Shown here: positions 49,969 through 57,987 of the stretch, piece after piece
Layout of the letters: the number at the start of each line of letters is the position of its first letter
Position numbering within the stretch: position 1 is the stretch's first letter
Source of the DNA: Actinomycetota bacterium
GTDB lineage: Bacteria; Actinomycetota; Actinomycetes; S36-B12
Direction of reading: 5' to 3'
Assembly: GCA_005798555.1 (NCBI GenBank)
Contig: SYJA01000087.1
Coordinates: forward strand, 5,157 to 69,156
Length of the DNA: 64,000 nucleotides
The notes under the pieces: generated by a model
The model's database searches: none
Seen by the model: the letters and a program-made list of their open reading frames with translations, nothing else
Told to the model about the DNA's origin: nothing
Made by a program: the position numbers and the translations under genes

Positions 49969-50082
49969 GTTTACCCCTTCATTTTTGCTGGCGCTGGTGC
50001 AGTAAGTCTTCACTGTGGAGTCTACGACAGTTTCAACCATTCGCCCAGCGACACTATTCCCGAAAGCCCCAATCTTCGGCCG

Positions 50083-51321
50083 GTGACCCTTGGGATGCCT
50101 GATTCTGCCGGGTGGGGAACAATAACCCTCGTGACCGGGTTACTGCACGAGCCTCAGCCAACCCCACTGGCATTGCTGTTGCTCGGCCAAGATGCCGACC
50201 CCGGGAGTGAACGGGGGGTTGAGTGCCCCGGCGCCCTGCCCGCGGCAAGTGACCCAGATCTCGTAGATCGCGCCGCCGCAGCCAAGGCCGCGCTGGGTGA
50301 CCGGCTATTCATCCTCGGCCACCACTACCAGCGAAATGAGGTCATAGATTTCGCCGACGTCACCGGTGATTCATTCAAGCTCGCCCAGCAAGCCGCGGCA
50401 CACCCAGCAGCCGAGTTCATCGTTTTCTGTGGTGTGCACTTCATGGCCGAAAGCGCCGATATTCTCACCGCTGACAACCAGAAGGTGATACTGCCTGATC
50501 TAGCCGCTGGCTGCTCAATGGCCGACATGGCAAATATCGTGCAAGTTGAGCACTGCTGGGAAGACTTAGAGCAGGCCGGTATCGCTGAAGTCACGATCCC
50601 AATCACTTACATGAATTCCACGGCAGCCATAAAGGCATTTACCGGCCGGCACGGGGGCGCCGTCTGTACTTCGAGTAATGCCGAGCGCAGTATGCGTTGG
50701 GCCTTCGAGCAGGGTGAAAAAGTGCTTTTTCTGCCCGACCAGCACCTTGGACGAAATACCGCAGTACGCGAACTCGGGCTCGAGCTGACCGACTGCGTGG
50801 TTTTTAACCCACGCAAGCCACTCGGCGGCCGCACCGCCGATCAGTTGCGCGATGCGAAAGTCATCCTCTGGAAAGGCCATTGTTCAGTGCACGGACGCTT
50901 CACCGCCGATTGCGTCGATGATGTCCGCGAACGCATCCCAGGTGTCACGGTCATCGTGCATCCAGAGTGCACCTACGAGGTCGTCACCAAGGCCGATATT
51001 GTTGGCTCGACCGAAAAGATCATCGCCACCATCGCAGCAGCTCCGCCCGGGAGCGCATGGGCGATTGGCACCGAATTGAATCTAGTGAAACGCCTTGCCC
51101 AAAACCACCCCGACAAGACCATTGCCTACCTGGATAAGTCGGTGTGCTTCTGCTCGACGATGAACCGCATTGACCTACCGCACCTCGTTTGGGTTCTTGA
51201 GTCGTTGATCGCCGGGACCGTGGTCAACCAGATCGAGGTCGATCCCGAGACCGCCAAGTGGGCCAAGGTCTCACTGGACCGCATGCTTGCCCTCCCGGGG
51301 CCAGATGCCAAAGCCGACTAG
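50083..51321 (+). CDS. nadA: Quinolinate synthase
   Basis: 412 aa NadA family (…GHHYQRNEVI…, CGVHFMAESA, CSMADM, HPEC). Start uncertain; a GTG at 50131 is also possible. Confidence 0.9.
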   Translation: MTLGMPDSAGWGTITLVTGLLHEPQPTPLALLLLGQDADPGSERGVECPGALPAASDPDLVDRAAAAKAALGDRLFILGHHYQRNEVIDFADVTGDSFKLAQQAAAHPAAEFIVFCGVHFMAESADILTADNQKVILPDLAAGCSMADMANIVQVEHCWEDLEQAGIAEVTIPITYMNSTAAIKAFTGRHGGAVCTSSNAERSMRWAFEQGEKVLFLPDQHLGRNTAVRELGLELTDCVVFNPRKPLGGRTADQLRDAKVILWKGHCSVHGRFTADCVDDVRERIPGVTVIVHPECTYEVVTKADIVGSTEKIIATIAAAPPGSAWAIGTELNLVKRLAQNHPDKTIAYLDKSVCFCSTMNRIDLPHLVWVLESLIAGTVVNQIEVDPETAKWAKVSLDRMLALPGPDAKAD

Positions 51322-51332
51322 GCTGCGCAATC

Positions 51333-51944
51333 ATGTTCGGACTTAATCGCAAGAACGCCGCAGCCAATGACGCTGTTTACACTGATGTCGTGGGGCAAAG
51401 CGCCCCGGGCCAGGTGGCCGGCGGTGGCAAGGGCCACGCCACGCCATCACGTCGCGAGGCGGAGGAGGCACGCAAGAGCCAGCTGAAGATCCCAAAGGAC
51501 CCTAAAGCCGCCAAGAAGGCATCGCGGCAACGCGATCAAGAAGATCGGGCCCGCGCCCGAGAAGGCATGCGCAATGGCGAGGAGAAATACCTGCCAGCCC
51601 GCGACCGAGGCCCGGCCAGGGCATTCGCACGCGACTTCGTCGATGGCCGCGTTACCTTGGCAGAGTTCTTCATCTTCATCGCCATTGCGGTACTCGCCCT
51701 CGGCTTTATCCGAAATCCGCTGATCCAGAGTTGGGTATCAATCGGGTTCTTCGCCCTGACGGCACTCATCGTCGTCGACACCGTCGTATTGCTGGTGCAG
51801 TTGAGCCTTCGGGCCAAGAAGGCGTTCCCCGAGGCCAAGGACCGCAAGGGCCTGCTGCTTTATGCCACCTTGCGCACCTTGCAGCTTCGACGCCTGCGCC
51901 TGCCACCACCTCGGGTACGCCGCGGCGGAGCGCCAAAGGTTTAA
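51333..51944 (+). CDS. DUF3043-like membrane protein
   Basis: Start re-chosen at ATG 51333. Basic N-terminal half (GKGHATPSRREAEEARK) followed by two TM helices. Confidence 0.6.
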   Translation: MFGLNRKNAAANDAVYTDVVGQSAPGQVAGGGKGHATPSRREAEEARKSQLKIPKDPKAAKKASRQRDQEDRARAREGMRNGEEKYLPARDRGPARAFARDFVDGRVTLAEFFIFIAIAVLALGFIRNPLIQSWVSIGFFALTALIVVDTVVLLVQLSLRAKKAFPEAKDRKGLLLYATLRTLQLRRLRLPPPRVRRGGAPKV

Positions 51945-52073
51945 TCCGCGCACTGGCGCCCGCGCTACCCACTTGCCGGCTAGCTAGTCAACGCGCAGCC
52001 AGCGAAGTTCACCGCCAAATGGCCATCGTCACAAAATTATTGCGACAGCTGCTTCAAGGGTCATCAGGAGTAG

Positions 52074-52289
52074 CTAGTCAGCCGGGCGCAGCCCCATCGG
52101 CCCGTAGACGATTCGATCCTCCTCAAGGAGCAAAACCTGTTCGATCCCAGCCTCGAGCAGGGTCGGCCAAACCTCTCCGATCCAGGTCTCGGCATCAGAT
52201 TGGGTCGGGAACTGCGTTGCCATCGAGGTATCGGGTAGTTCAGCAACCACAACGCCTTCGGCCGTTCGATATTGCCAAGACCAACCCAT
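52074..52289 (-). CDS. Small hypothetical protein
   Basis: 71-aa ORF with reasonable codon bias; no family recognised. Confidence 0.35.
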   Translation of the reverse strand: MGWSWQYRTAEGVVVAELPDTSMATQFPTQSDAETWIGEVWPTLLEAGIEQVLLLEEDRIVYGPMGLRPAD

Positions 52290-52454
52290 TAAGACTCCTC
52301 CGACCCCGTTTGGCTCGACATTTCAACCGCCCGAAAGCGACCATGTCTGTCCTACGGCCGCCATCCTAGAGTGCCTAAGGCGGGATCAGGTAATCGTGGA
52401 AGCGGGGTGGAGATAGGCGGGTCGGGATTGACAACGGCGCGTCAGCCGTGGGAA

Positions 52455-52624
52455 GTTGACCCCACAACTGAATCCGCGTAATTGAATCCAGGGAAAGTCC
52501 GGTGCGATTCCGGCGCTGTCCCGCAACCGTGATCCCAGTCTTTGGGAGAGTCGGAGCACCTGGCAGTTACGAACGGCTCCACCCGTCGAGGTAACGGAAC
52601 GGAGCCCGGGTCTTTACCCGGTCT
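52455..52624 (+). promoter_or_regulatory. Cobalamin riboswitch (aptamer core about 52477-52571 plus platform hairpins)
   Basis: Matches conserved cobalamin-riboswitch elements: AGGGAAAGUCCGGUGCGAUUCCGGCGCUGUCCCGCAACCGUGA (B12-box region) and GAGUCGGAGCACCUGGC. An 8-bp P1 forms between CGUAAUUG (52477-52484) and CAGUUACG (52564-52571). Confidence 0.85.
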
Positions 52625-52656
52625 CCCTTCATGCAGCAATGCTGAAGGGGTTTTTT
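52625..52656 (+). terminator. Intrinsic terminator forming the riboswitch expression platform
   Basis: Stem CCCTTCA(T)GCA, loop GCAA, stem TGC-TGAAGGG, followed by a run of six T (52651-52656). Lies immediately upstream of the first gene of the operon. Confidence 0.8.
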
Positions 52657-52705
52657 GTGGCCGAATAGGACGTGGGCACCAGGACAAACCGACTCAACCA
52701 AGAAT

Positions 52706-53743
52706 ATGGTGACCATGTCCAAACGATTTTCCGCACTTGTGGCGCTGGCCACAACGATTCTCGCCCTCGGCGCCGTCGCGCAGCCCGCATCTGCCAACCC
52801 GGCGGCCAATTCGGGCCTCTATGGCCGCGGGGATGCCACTTATGACGGCGTCTTTCGCCAGTCCCTGGGGATCTTGGGCCTGGTCGCAAATGACGTCAAG
52901 CCAGGCAAGGCAGCTATCACCTGGCTCCTTAAGCAGCAGTGCGCTGATGGCAGTTTCCAGGCGTACCGCCCCGATCCGAGCAAGGCTTGTGGTGTCTCCG
53001 ATCCGGTCAACTACACCGGCCCCGACACCAACTCCACCGCGCTGGCCCTAAGCGCTCTCCTGGCAGTGGATCAGGCCGCAAGTGCCGATGCGGCCGCGAC
53101 CTGGTTGGCGAAGCACCAAGACACTGATGGGGGTTGGCCTTGGTTCCTCGGTGGTGCCACCGACCCCGCATCCACCGGCTTGGTGCTGTCCGCATTGATG
53201 GGCGAGGCACCAAGTCGGCAGGTGCCCGTTTACCGAAAAGCCGCCCGCTACCTGAACCGCTTGGCCGTAGGTTGCGCGAGCGGTGGCGGACTTTCCTATG
53301 AGAGGGGCGCCGCCGCAGATCCCCTCGCCACCGCACAGGGCTTCTTGGGACTTGTTGCGACCTTGCCGGTCAGCGGATCGAGTTCCATCAAGCTAGCCGC
53401 AAATCCAACTTGCGGCAGGTCGGCAACGGGCGCAGCCGGCAGTTACCTGGCCACGAAGATCACGGGCGCTGGCGCACTACCCAGCGCATTTGGGTCAGAC
53501 CCTGATTACACGTCAACAAGTTTTGCTGTCCTTGGTTTCGTGGCGAACTCCAATGGCCGGCAAGCGGTAACCAAAGGCACCGCCACCTTGGTTGCAAATG
53601 CGAGTGCCTACGCGATGCCGGCGGGAGCAGCTAACCCTGGTGCTTTGGGTTTGCTGCTGCTGGTGAGCGAGGCGACGAATATGAAGCCAACCAATTTCGG
53701 TGGCATCAATTTGATCACTACGTTGCAGCAGAACCAGCAGTAA
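52706..53743 (+). CDS. Exported prenyltransferase/squalene-oxidase-repeat (alpha/alpha-toroid) protein
   Basis: Start re-chosen (ATG 52706 or 52715). Signal peptide MSKRFSALVALATTILALGAVAQPASA. Repeats WLLKQQCADGSF and WLAKHQDTDGGWPW. First gene behind the B12 riboswitch. Confidence 0.7.
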   Translation: MVTMSKRFSALVALATTILALGAVAQPASANPAANSGLYGRGDATYDGVFRQSLGILGLVANDVKPGKAAITWLLKQQCADGSFQAYRPDPSKACGVSDPVNYTGPDTNSTALALSALLAVDQAASADAAATWLAKHQDTDGGWPWFLGGATDPASTGLVLSALMGEAPSRQVPVYRKAARYLNRLAVGCASGGGLSYERGAAADPLATAQGFLGLVATLPVSGSSSIKLAANPTCGRSATGAAGSYLATKITGAGALPSAFGSDPDYTSTSFAVLGFVANSNGRQAVTKGTATLVANASAYAMPAGAANPGALGLLLLVSEATNMKPTNFGGINLITTLQQNQQ

Positions 53744-54447
53744 TGCCACGTGTCGCCCGGGCCAGCTGCATCAGCGTCGCAATTTGTCTTGCGGCGCTGT
53801 TGTTCAGCCCGGTGGCCCGGGCCGAGACCGGATACCGCTATTGGACGTTTTGGACAGTGCGCAATGGCCAATGGATTTTCTCCCAGGTTGGTCCGGCGGG
53901 TACCGCACCGGTCGACGGCGATGTGCAGGCTTGGCGGTTCGCGGTCACTGCAAATGCAAGTGGCAGCACCAGCGAACCGCGCACCGACCCGTCCCGGGCT
54001 TTCGAACTGATTTGCGGTTCCGTTCAGCAACCCGATGGCCAGATTCGAGTTGCCATGGTCATTGATCCGGGTGTTGCCGATACCGCACCTGCCGGACAAT
54101 CGCCACCACCAGCGCGTGGCGCGTGCGCGGTCATTGACGAATCAAAGTCCGGTGCCGATGCCTTGATGGCAGTGGCGACACCGCGCGTGCAGTCGGGATT
54201 GGTCTGCGGGATCGACTCGTACCCAACCGGTGAATGCGCAATTGCCATCGATACCACCGCAACTTCGATTGGCGCAGCTGAGGTGACCGATGTTTTGGCG
54301 GCGCCGTCAACTGCGGTGAGCGAGAGTGCCAGCGCTGCGGTTCCGGCAGCCGCCGATGGCAGCCCGGTGCCGCTCATCGCAGTCGGGGTGGTCATCGCAC
54401 TTGGCTTGGTCGGCGCTTGGGAATTACAGCGCAGGCGGTCGTCATGA
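53743..54447 (+). CDS. Exported, C-terminally membrane-anchored protein of unknown function (SCO2322-like as I recall the family name)
   Basis: 234 aa with TAATG coupling. Signal peptide ...LLFSPVARA, four Cys, an Ala/Ser-rich linker, and a TM anchor PLIAVGVVIALGLVGAW followed by RRRSS. Confidence 0.55.
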   Translation: MPRVARASCISVAICLAALLFSPVARAETGYRYWTFWTVRNGQWIFSQVGPAGTAPVDGDVQAWRFAVTANASGSTSEPRTDPSRAFELICGSVQQPDGQIRVAMVIDPGVADTAPAGQSPPPARGACAVIDESKSGADALMAVATPRVQSGLVCGIDSYPTGECAIAIDTTATSIGAAEVTDVLAAPSTAVSESASAAVPAAADGSPVPLIAVGVVIALGLVGAWELQRRRSS

Positions 54448-55565
54448 CTGGGTCACTCTTCACCCTCCCACGGTGGTTGCACCCGGCAGCCTGGTGGGTT
54501 TGGGCCCTAGGACTGGCTGCAGCGGCAAGTCGCACCACCAATCCGTTATTACTCTCCTTGATCATTGCCGTGGCAGCACTCGTGGTCTTTGCTCGAAAGC
54601 CGGATGCACCGTGGGGGCGATCCTTCATCTTCTTCCTGCGGCTAGGGGTGGCGGTTATCGTCATTCGGGTGGGCGTCCAACTGATTTTCGGTGCGGCGTT
54701 CGGCACCACGGTGCTACTTCAGCTGCCCGGCGTGGCCTTGCCCTCATGGTTAGCAGGGGTTCGACTTGGTGGTGACATCACCTTTGAGAGCGTGCTTTTG
54801 GCTTTCTATGACGGCTTGCGGCTGGCGACTATCTTGATCTGCGTCGGGGCCGCAAACTCCCTCGCCTCACCAAGTAGGTTGCTGAAGTCCGTGCCTGCAG
54901 CGCTCTACGAGTTCGGAGTCAGCGTGGTAGTCGCCATGACGTTTACACCTCAACTCGTTGCCGACGTCGATCGGGTGCGCACCGCCCGCCGCTTACGTGG
55001 TCGCCCAACAAGAGGTGTCCGGGCAATTGCCGGCGCAGCGATGCCGGTTTTCGAGGGGGCACTTGAAAAATCCGTGACACTCGCGGCGGCCATGGACTCC
55101 CGCGGCTACGGCCGCCGCGGCGCAATTAGTGCCGCCCAGCGCCGCCTGAACTCAGTGCTATTGCTAACCGGGCTGGTCGCCGCCTGCATCGGCACTTACG
55201 CTCTCATCGCCGCCGGGTCCCCGGCGGCGCTCGGGCTGCCCATGCTGGTTGTTGGTGTGAGTGTCTGCATCACTTCGATCACGTGGTCAGCGCGCACTGC
55301 CGTGCGCACCCGCTACCGGCCAGACCCATGGGCGCTCCCGGAGAATTTGGTGGCCGGCGCCGGCGTGCTGGTGGCCTTGAGCTTTCTCGCCGCCAATTGG
55401 GTGGCCATGCCGGGCTTGGCTACCCCTAGTAACCCACCGACCTGGCCGGCGCTGCCGCTCCTGCCACTCCTCGGTTTGCTAATTGCTGCCACTCCGGCAC
55501 TCACGGCACCCACGCTGCCCCGCACCATCGTTGGCGAGTTGCCAAGGATCGGGGTCCCCTCATGA
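54444..55565 (+). CDS. ecfT: ECF transporter transmembrane (T) component with an extended C-terminus
   Basis: Start at ATG 54444 (ATGA overlap). CbiQ/EcfT coupling motifs (VDRVRTARRLRG; LAAAMDSRGYG), followed by roughly 100 extra residues with further TM helices. Confidence 0.75.
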   Translation: MTGSLFTLPRWLHPAAWWVWALGLAAAASRTTNPLLLSLIIAVAALVVFARKPDAPWGRSFIFFLRLGVAVIVIRVGVQLIFGAAFGTTVLLQLPGVALPSWLAGVRLGGDITFESVLLAFYDGLRLATILICVGAANSLASPSRLLKSVPAALYEFGVSVVVAMTFTPQLVADVDRVRTARRLRGRPTRGVRAIAGAAMPVFEGALEKSVTLAAAMDSRGYGRRGAISAAQRRLNSVLLLTGLVAACIGTYALIAAGSPAALGLPMLVVGVSVCITSITWSARTAVRTRYRPDPWALPENLVAGAGVLVALSFLAANWVAMPGLATPSNPPTWPALPLLPLLGLLIAATPALTAPTLPRTIVGELPRIGVPS

Positions 55566-57184
55566 TCAACTTCGAGTGCGTTTCGATTACCTACCCGGGC
55601 GCCACCGAGCCGGTACTCACCGAGGTGAACCTGCAGATCCCCGAGGGTGAGCTCGTGTTGGTCGTAGGCCGCACCGGCAGTGGCAAGACCACCTTGCTCC
55701 GGGCCATCAACGGCTTGGTCCCGCACTTCACCGGTGGCACGCTCACCGGCCGAATCCTCGTCGACGGACGCGACACCGCCACCAACCCACCGCGCGAACT
55801 AGCCGATCTGGTGGGCGTGGTGCCGCAGGATCCGATGAGCGGATTTGTCGCCGACACGGTAGAGGAAGAACTCGCATATGGCATGGAGTGCCTTGGCCTG
55901 GCACCCGATGTCATGCGTCGGCGAGTTGAAGAAACCCTCGATCTACTTGGCTTAGTGGATCTGCGCAACCGGCCACTGCTGTCACTTTCGGCCGGCCAAC
56001 GGCAACGGGTAGCAATCGGCTCGGTGCTGGCTTCACACCCGACAGTGCTCGTACTTGATGAACCCACCTCGGCCCTTGACCCCGGTGCCGCCGAGGACGT
56101 ACTCGCCGCACTGCAGCGCTTGGTGCACGATCTCAACGTCACGGTTGTGATGGCGGAACACCGATTGGAGCGAGTGGTGCAGTACGCCGATCGCATCGTG
56201 ATCGTGCCCGGCGATGGTGAACCAATAATCAGTGGCACCCCGAGCGAAATGATGGGCAATTCACCAATCGCCCCACCTGTTGTTGAACTCGGCAGACTCG
56301 CTGGTTGGCAGCCGCTCCCGTTGACCGTGCGTGACGCACGACGCGCCGCTGGCCCCCTGCGTGAGCTCCTGACCGGGCACGCGGCGCCACTTCGAATCAT
56401 CAAAGGTGCGCGCGACGCGACACCACTGATCGTAACTGACAAGTTGACCGTGCGTTACGGAGCTGTTGTCGCCCTGAAAAATGTGAGCACCACAATCACC
56501 CGAGGTGAAATCGTCGCACTAATGGGCCGAAATGGCGCCGGAAAATCTACGCTGCTGAGCACAATGGTGGGCCTAAGGCTGGCGAGTGCGGGGGTAGTTC
56601 GAACGAACGGTAAGGATCCCCGCGAGATTAAAGGTCCCGAACTCGTGCACAGTGTTGGCTTGGTGCCACAAGACCCCGGCGATCTACTCGAAGCCTCGAC
56701 CGTCGCCGGCGAGTGCCGATCATCAGACCATGACGCCAATGCTGAACTTGGAACCACCCGCGCGCTCTTGGCACTTCTCGCACCAGAAGTCATGGACGGC
56801 ACGCACCCGCGGGATTTATCCGAGGGCCAAAGGCTGCTCCTGGCGCTGGCTATCGTGCTCGCCGCCCGACCGCCACTGCTGCTACTTGATGAGCCAACGC
56901 GTGGCCTCGACTATCCCACCAAGGCAAGACTGGTAAAAATCCTTCGTGAGTTGGCAGCTACCGGGCACGGGGTCGTGCTGGCAACACATGATGTGGAACT
57001 GGCCGCGGAAGTAGCAACGCGGGTGATCGTGCTCGCCGAGGGCGAGGTCGTTGCCGATGGGCCGACCCACGAAGTGGTACTGGCCTCCCCCATGTTCGCA
57101 CCGCAGGTCGCGAAGATCTTGGCCCCCGAGGACTGGCTAACGGTCTCCGAGGTTCGCGCTGCGATGATTGAGCAGGTCGGCTAG
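55562..57184 (+). CDS. ECF transporter fused tandem ATPase (EcfA-EcfA')
   Basis: 540 aa with two ABC cassettes: Walker A GRTGSGKTT and GRNGAGKST, signatures LSAGQRQR and LSEGQRL. Confidence 0.9.
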   Translation: MINFECVSITYPGATEPVLTEVNLQIPEGELVLVVGRTGSGKTTLLRAINGLVPHFTGGTLTGRILVDGRDTATNPPRELADLVGVVPQDPMSGFVADTVEEELAYGMECLGLAPDVMRRRVEETLDLLGLVDLRNRPLLSLSAGQRQRVAIGSVLASHPTVLVLDEPTSALDPGAAEDVLAALQRLVHDLNVTVVMAEHRLERVVQYADRIVIVPGDGEPIISGTPSEMMGNSPIAPPVVELGRLAGWQPLPLTVRDARRAAGPLRELLTGHAAPLRIIKGARDATPLIVTDKLTVRYGAVVALKNVSTTITRGEIVALMGRNGAGKSTLLSTMVGLRLASAGVVRTNGKDPREIKGPELVHSVGLVPQDPGDLLEASTVAGECRSSDHDANAELGTTRALLALLAPEVMDGTHPRDLSEGQRLLLALAIVLAARPPLLLLDEPTRGLDYPTKARLVKILRELAATGHGVVLATHDVELAAEVATRVIVLAEGEVVADGPTHEVVLASPMFAPQVAKILAPEDWLTVSEVRAAMIEQVG

Positions 57185-57987
57185 TGACAAACTCCTTGGC
57201 CCTACGGCTTGGACCGCGATCCATCATCACCATCGCGGCCACCTCACTTGTCGGGATGGTTGCCTTCGGCTGGCCACTTATCGCTGCCCCGACTTCGAGT
57301 GTCGTCGCGCATGCCACCGATGCGCCCTGGTTGTTCGCCATCGTCATTCCACTACTGCTCGCCGTAGTTGTTTCGTCCTTCACCGACGGCGGCATGGACG
57401 CCAAGGCAATTGCCCTGCTCGGAGTCCTAGCAGCTGTCGTAGCGGTGCTGCGACCCCTAGGAGGTGGTACTGCCGGGCTGGAGCCGATCTGGGTCATTTT
57501 GGTGCTCGGTGGTCGTGCCCTTGGGCCCGGTTTTGGTTTTGCCCTTGGGGCGGTAGCACTTTTTTCATCGGCCCTGCTAACCGGTGGGGTGGGGCCGTGG
57601 CTGCCATTTCAAATGCTCGGGGCCGCATGGGTCGGCCTTGGCGCTGGCCTGCTGCCCAGGGCTACCGGCCGACCTGAACTCCTGCTCCTCGCCGCCTACG
57701 GTGCGCTCGCAAGCTTCGCCTACGGCCTGCTGATGAATCTTTGGTTCTGGCCCTTTGTCGCCAACCTGCCGGCCGCGCTCGCCTACGCACCCGGCGCACC
57801 AATTGTGGAGAACTTGGTGTCCTGGGTCCGATTTACTCTTGTGACGTCCCTTGGGTACGACATTCCACGCGCGGTGCTAACCGTCACGTTGACCCTCATC
57901 GCCGGCGCGCCTATCTTGAATGCACTGCGACGGGTTTCGCGCCGCGCGGCTTTTGACCCGCAGTCGATCTTCGTGCCGGTGCCATGA
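57184..57987 (+). CDS. ECF transporter substrate-capture (S) component, candidate cobamide-specific
   Basis: 267 aa polytopic membrane protein, GTG start overlapping the ATPase stop (TAGTG). S role inferred from its position in the ECF module. Confidence 0.6.
   Translation: MTNSLALRLGPRSIITIAATSLVGMVAFGWPLIAAPTSSVVAHATDAPWLFAIVIPLLLAVVVSSFTDGGMDAKAIALLGVLAAVVAVLRPLGGGTAGLEPIWVILVLGGRALGPGFGFALGAVALFSSALLTGGVGPWLPFQMLGAAWVGLGAGLLPRATGRPELLLLAAYGALASFAYGLLMNLWFWPFVANLPAALAYAPGAPIVENLVSWVRFTLVTSLGYDIPRAVLTVTLTLIAGAPILNALRRVSRRAAFDPQSIFVPVP

Noticed and set aside
52655-52705. GTG at 52655 as the start of the first operon gene.
   Set aside because: The codon sits inside the terminator U-tract of the riboswitch. 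The encoded MWPNRTWAPGQTDSTKN precedes a canonical signal peptide that begins at the ATG at 52706 or 52715.
55591-56442. 283-aa minus-strand ORF antisense to the ECF ATPase gene. Similar long shadow ORFs occur at 1439-2254 (+), 25493-26032 (-), 35810-36472 (-), 53608-54099 (-), 57783-58220 (-) and 56958-57497 (-).
   Set aside because: They lie fully inside strongly supported genes on the opposite strand. Their translations are Arg/Pro/Ser/Ala-rich low-complexity sequence, typical of antisense frames in high-GC DNA, and no motifs were recognisable.
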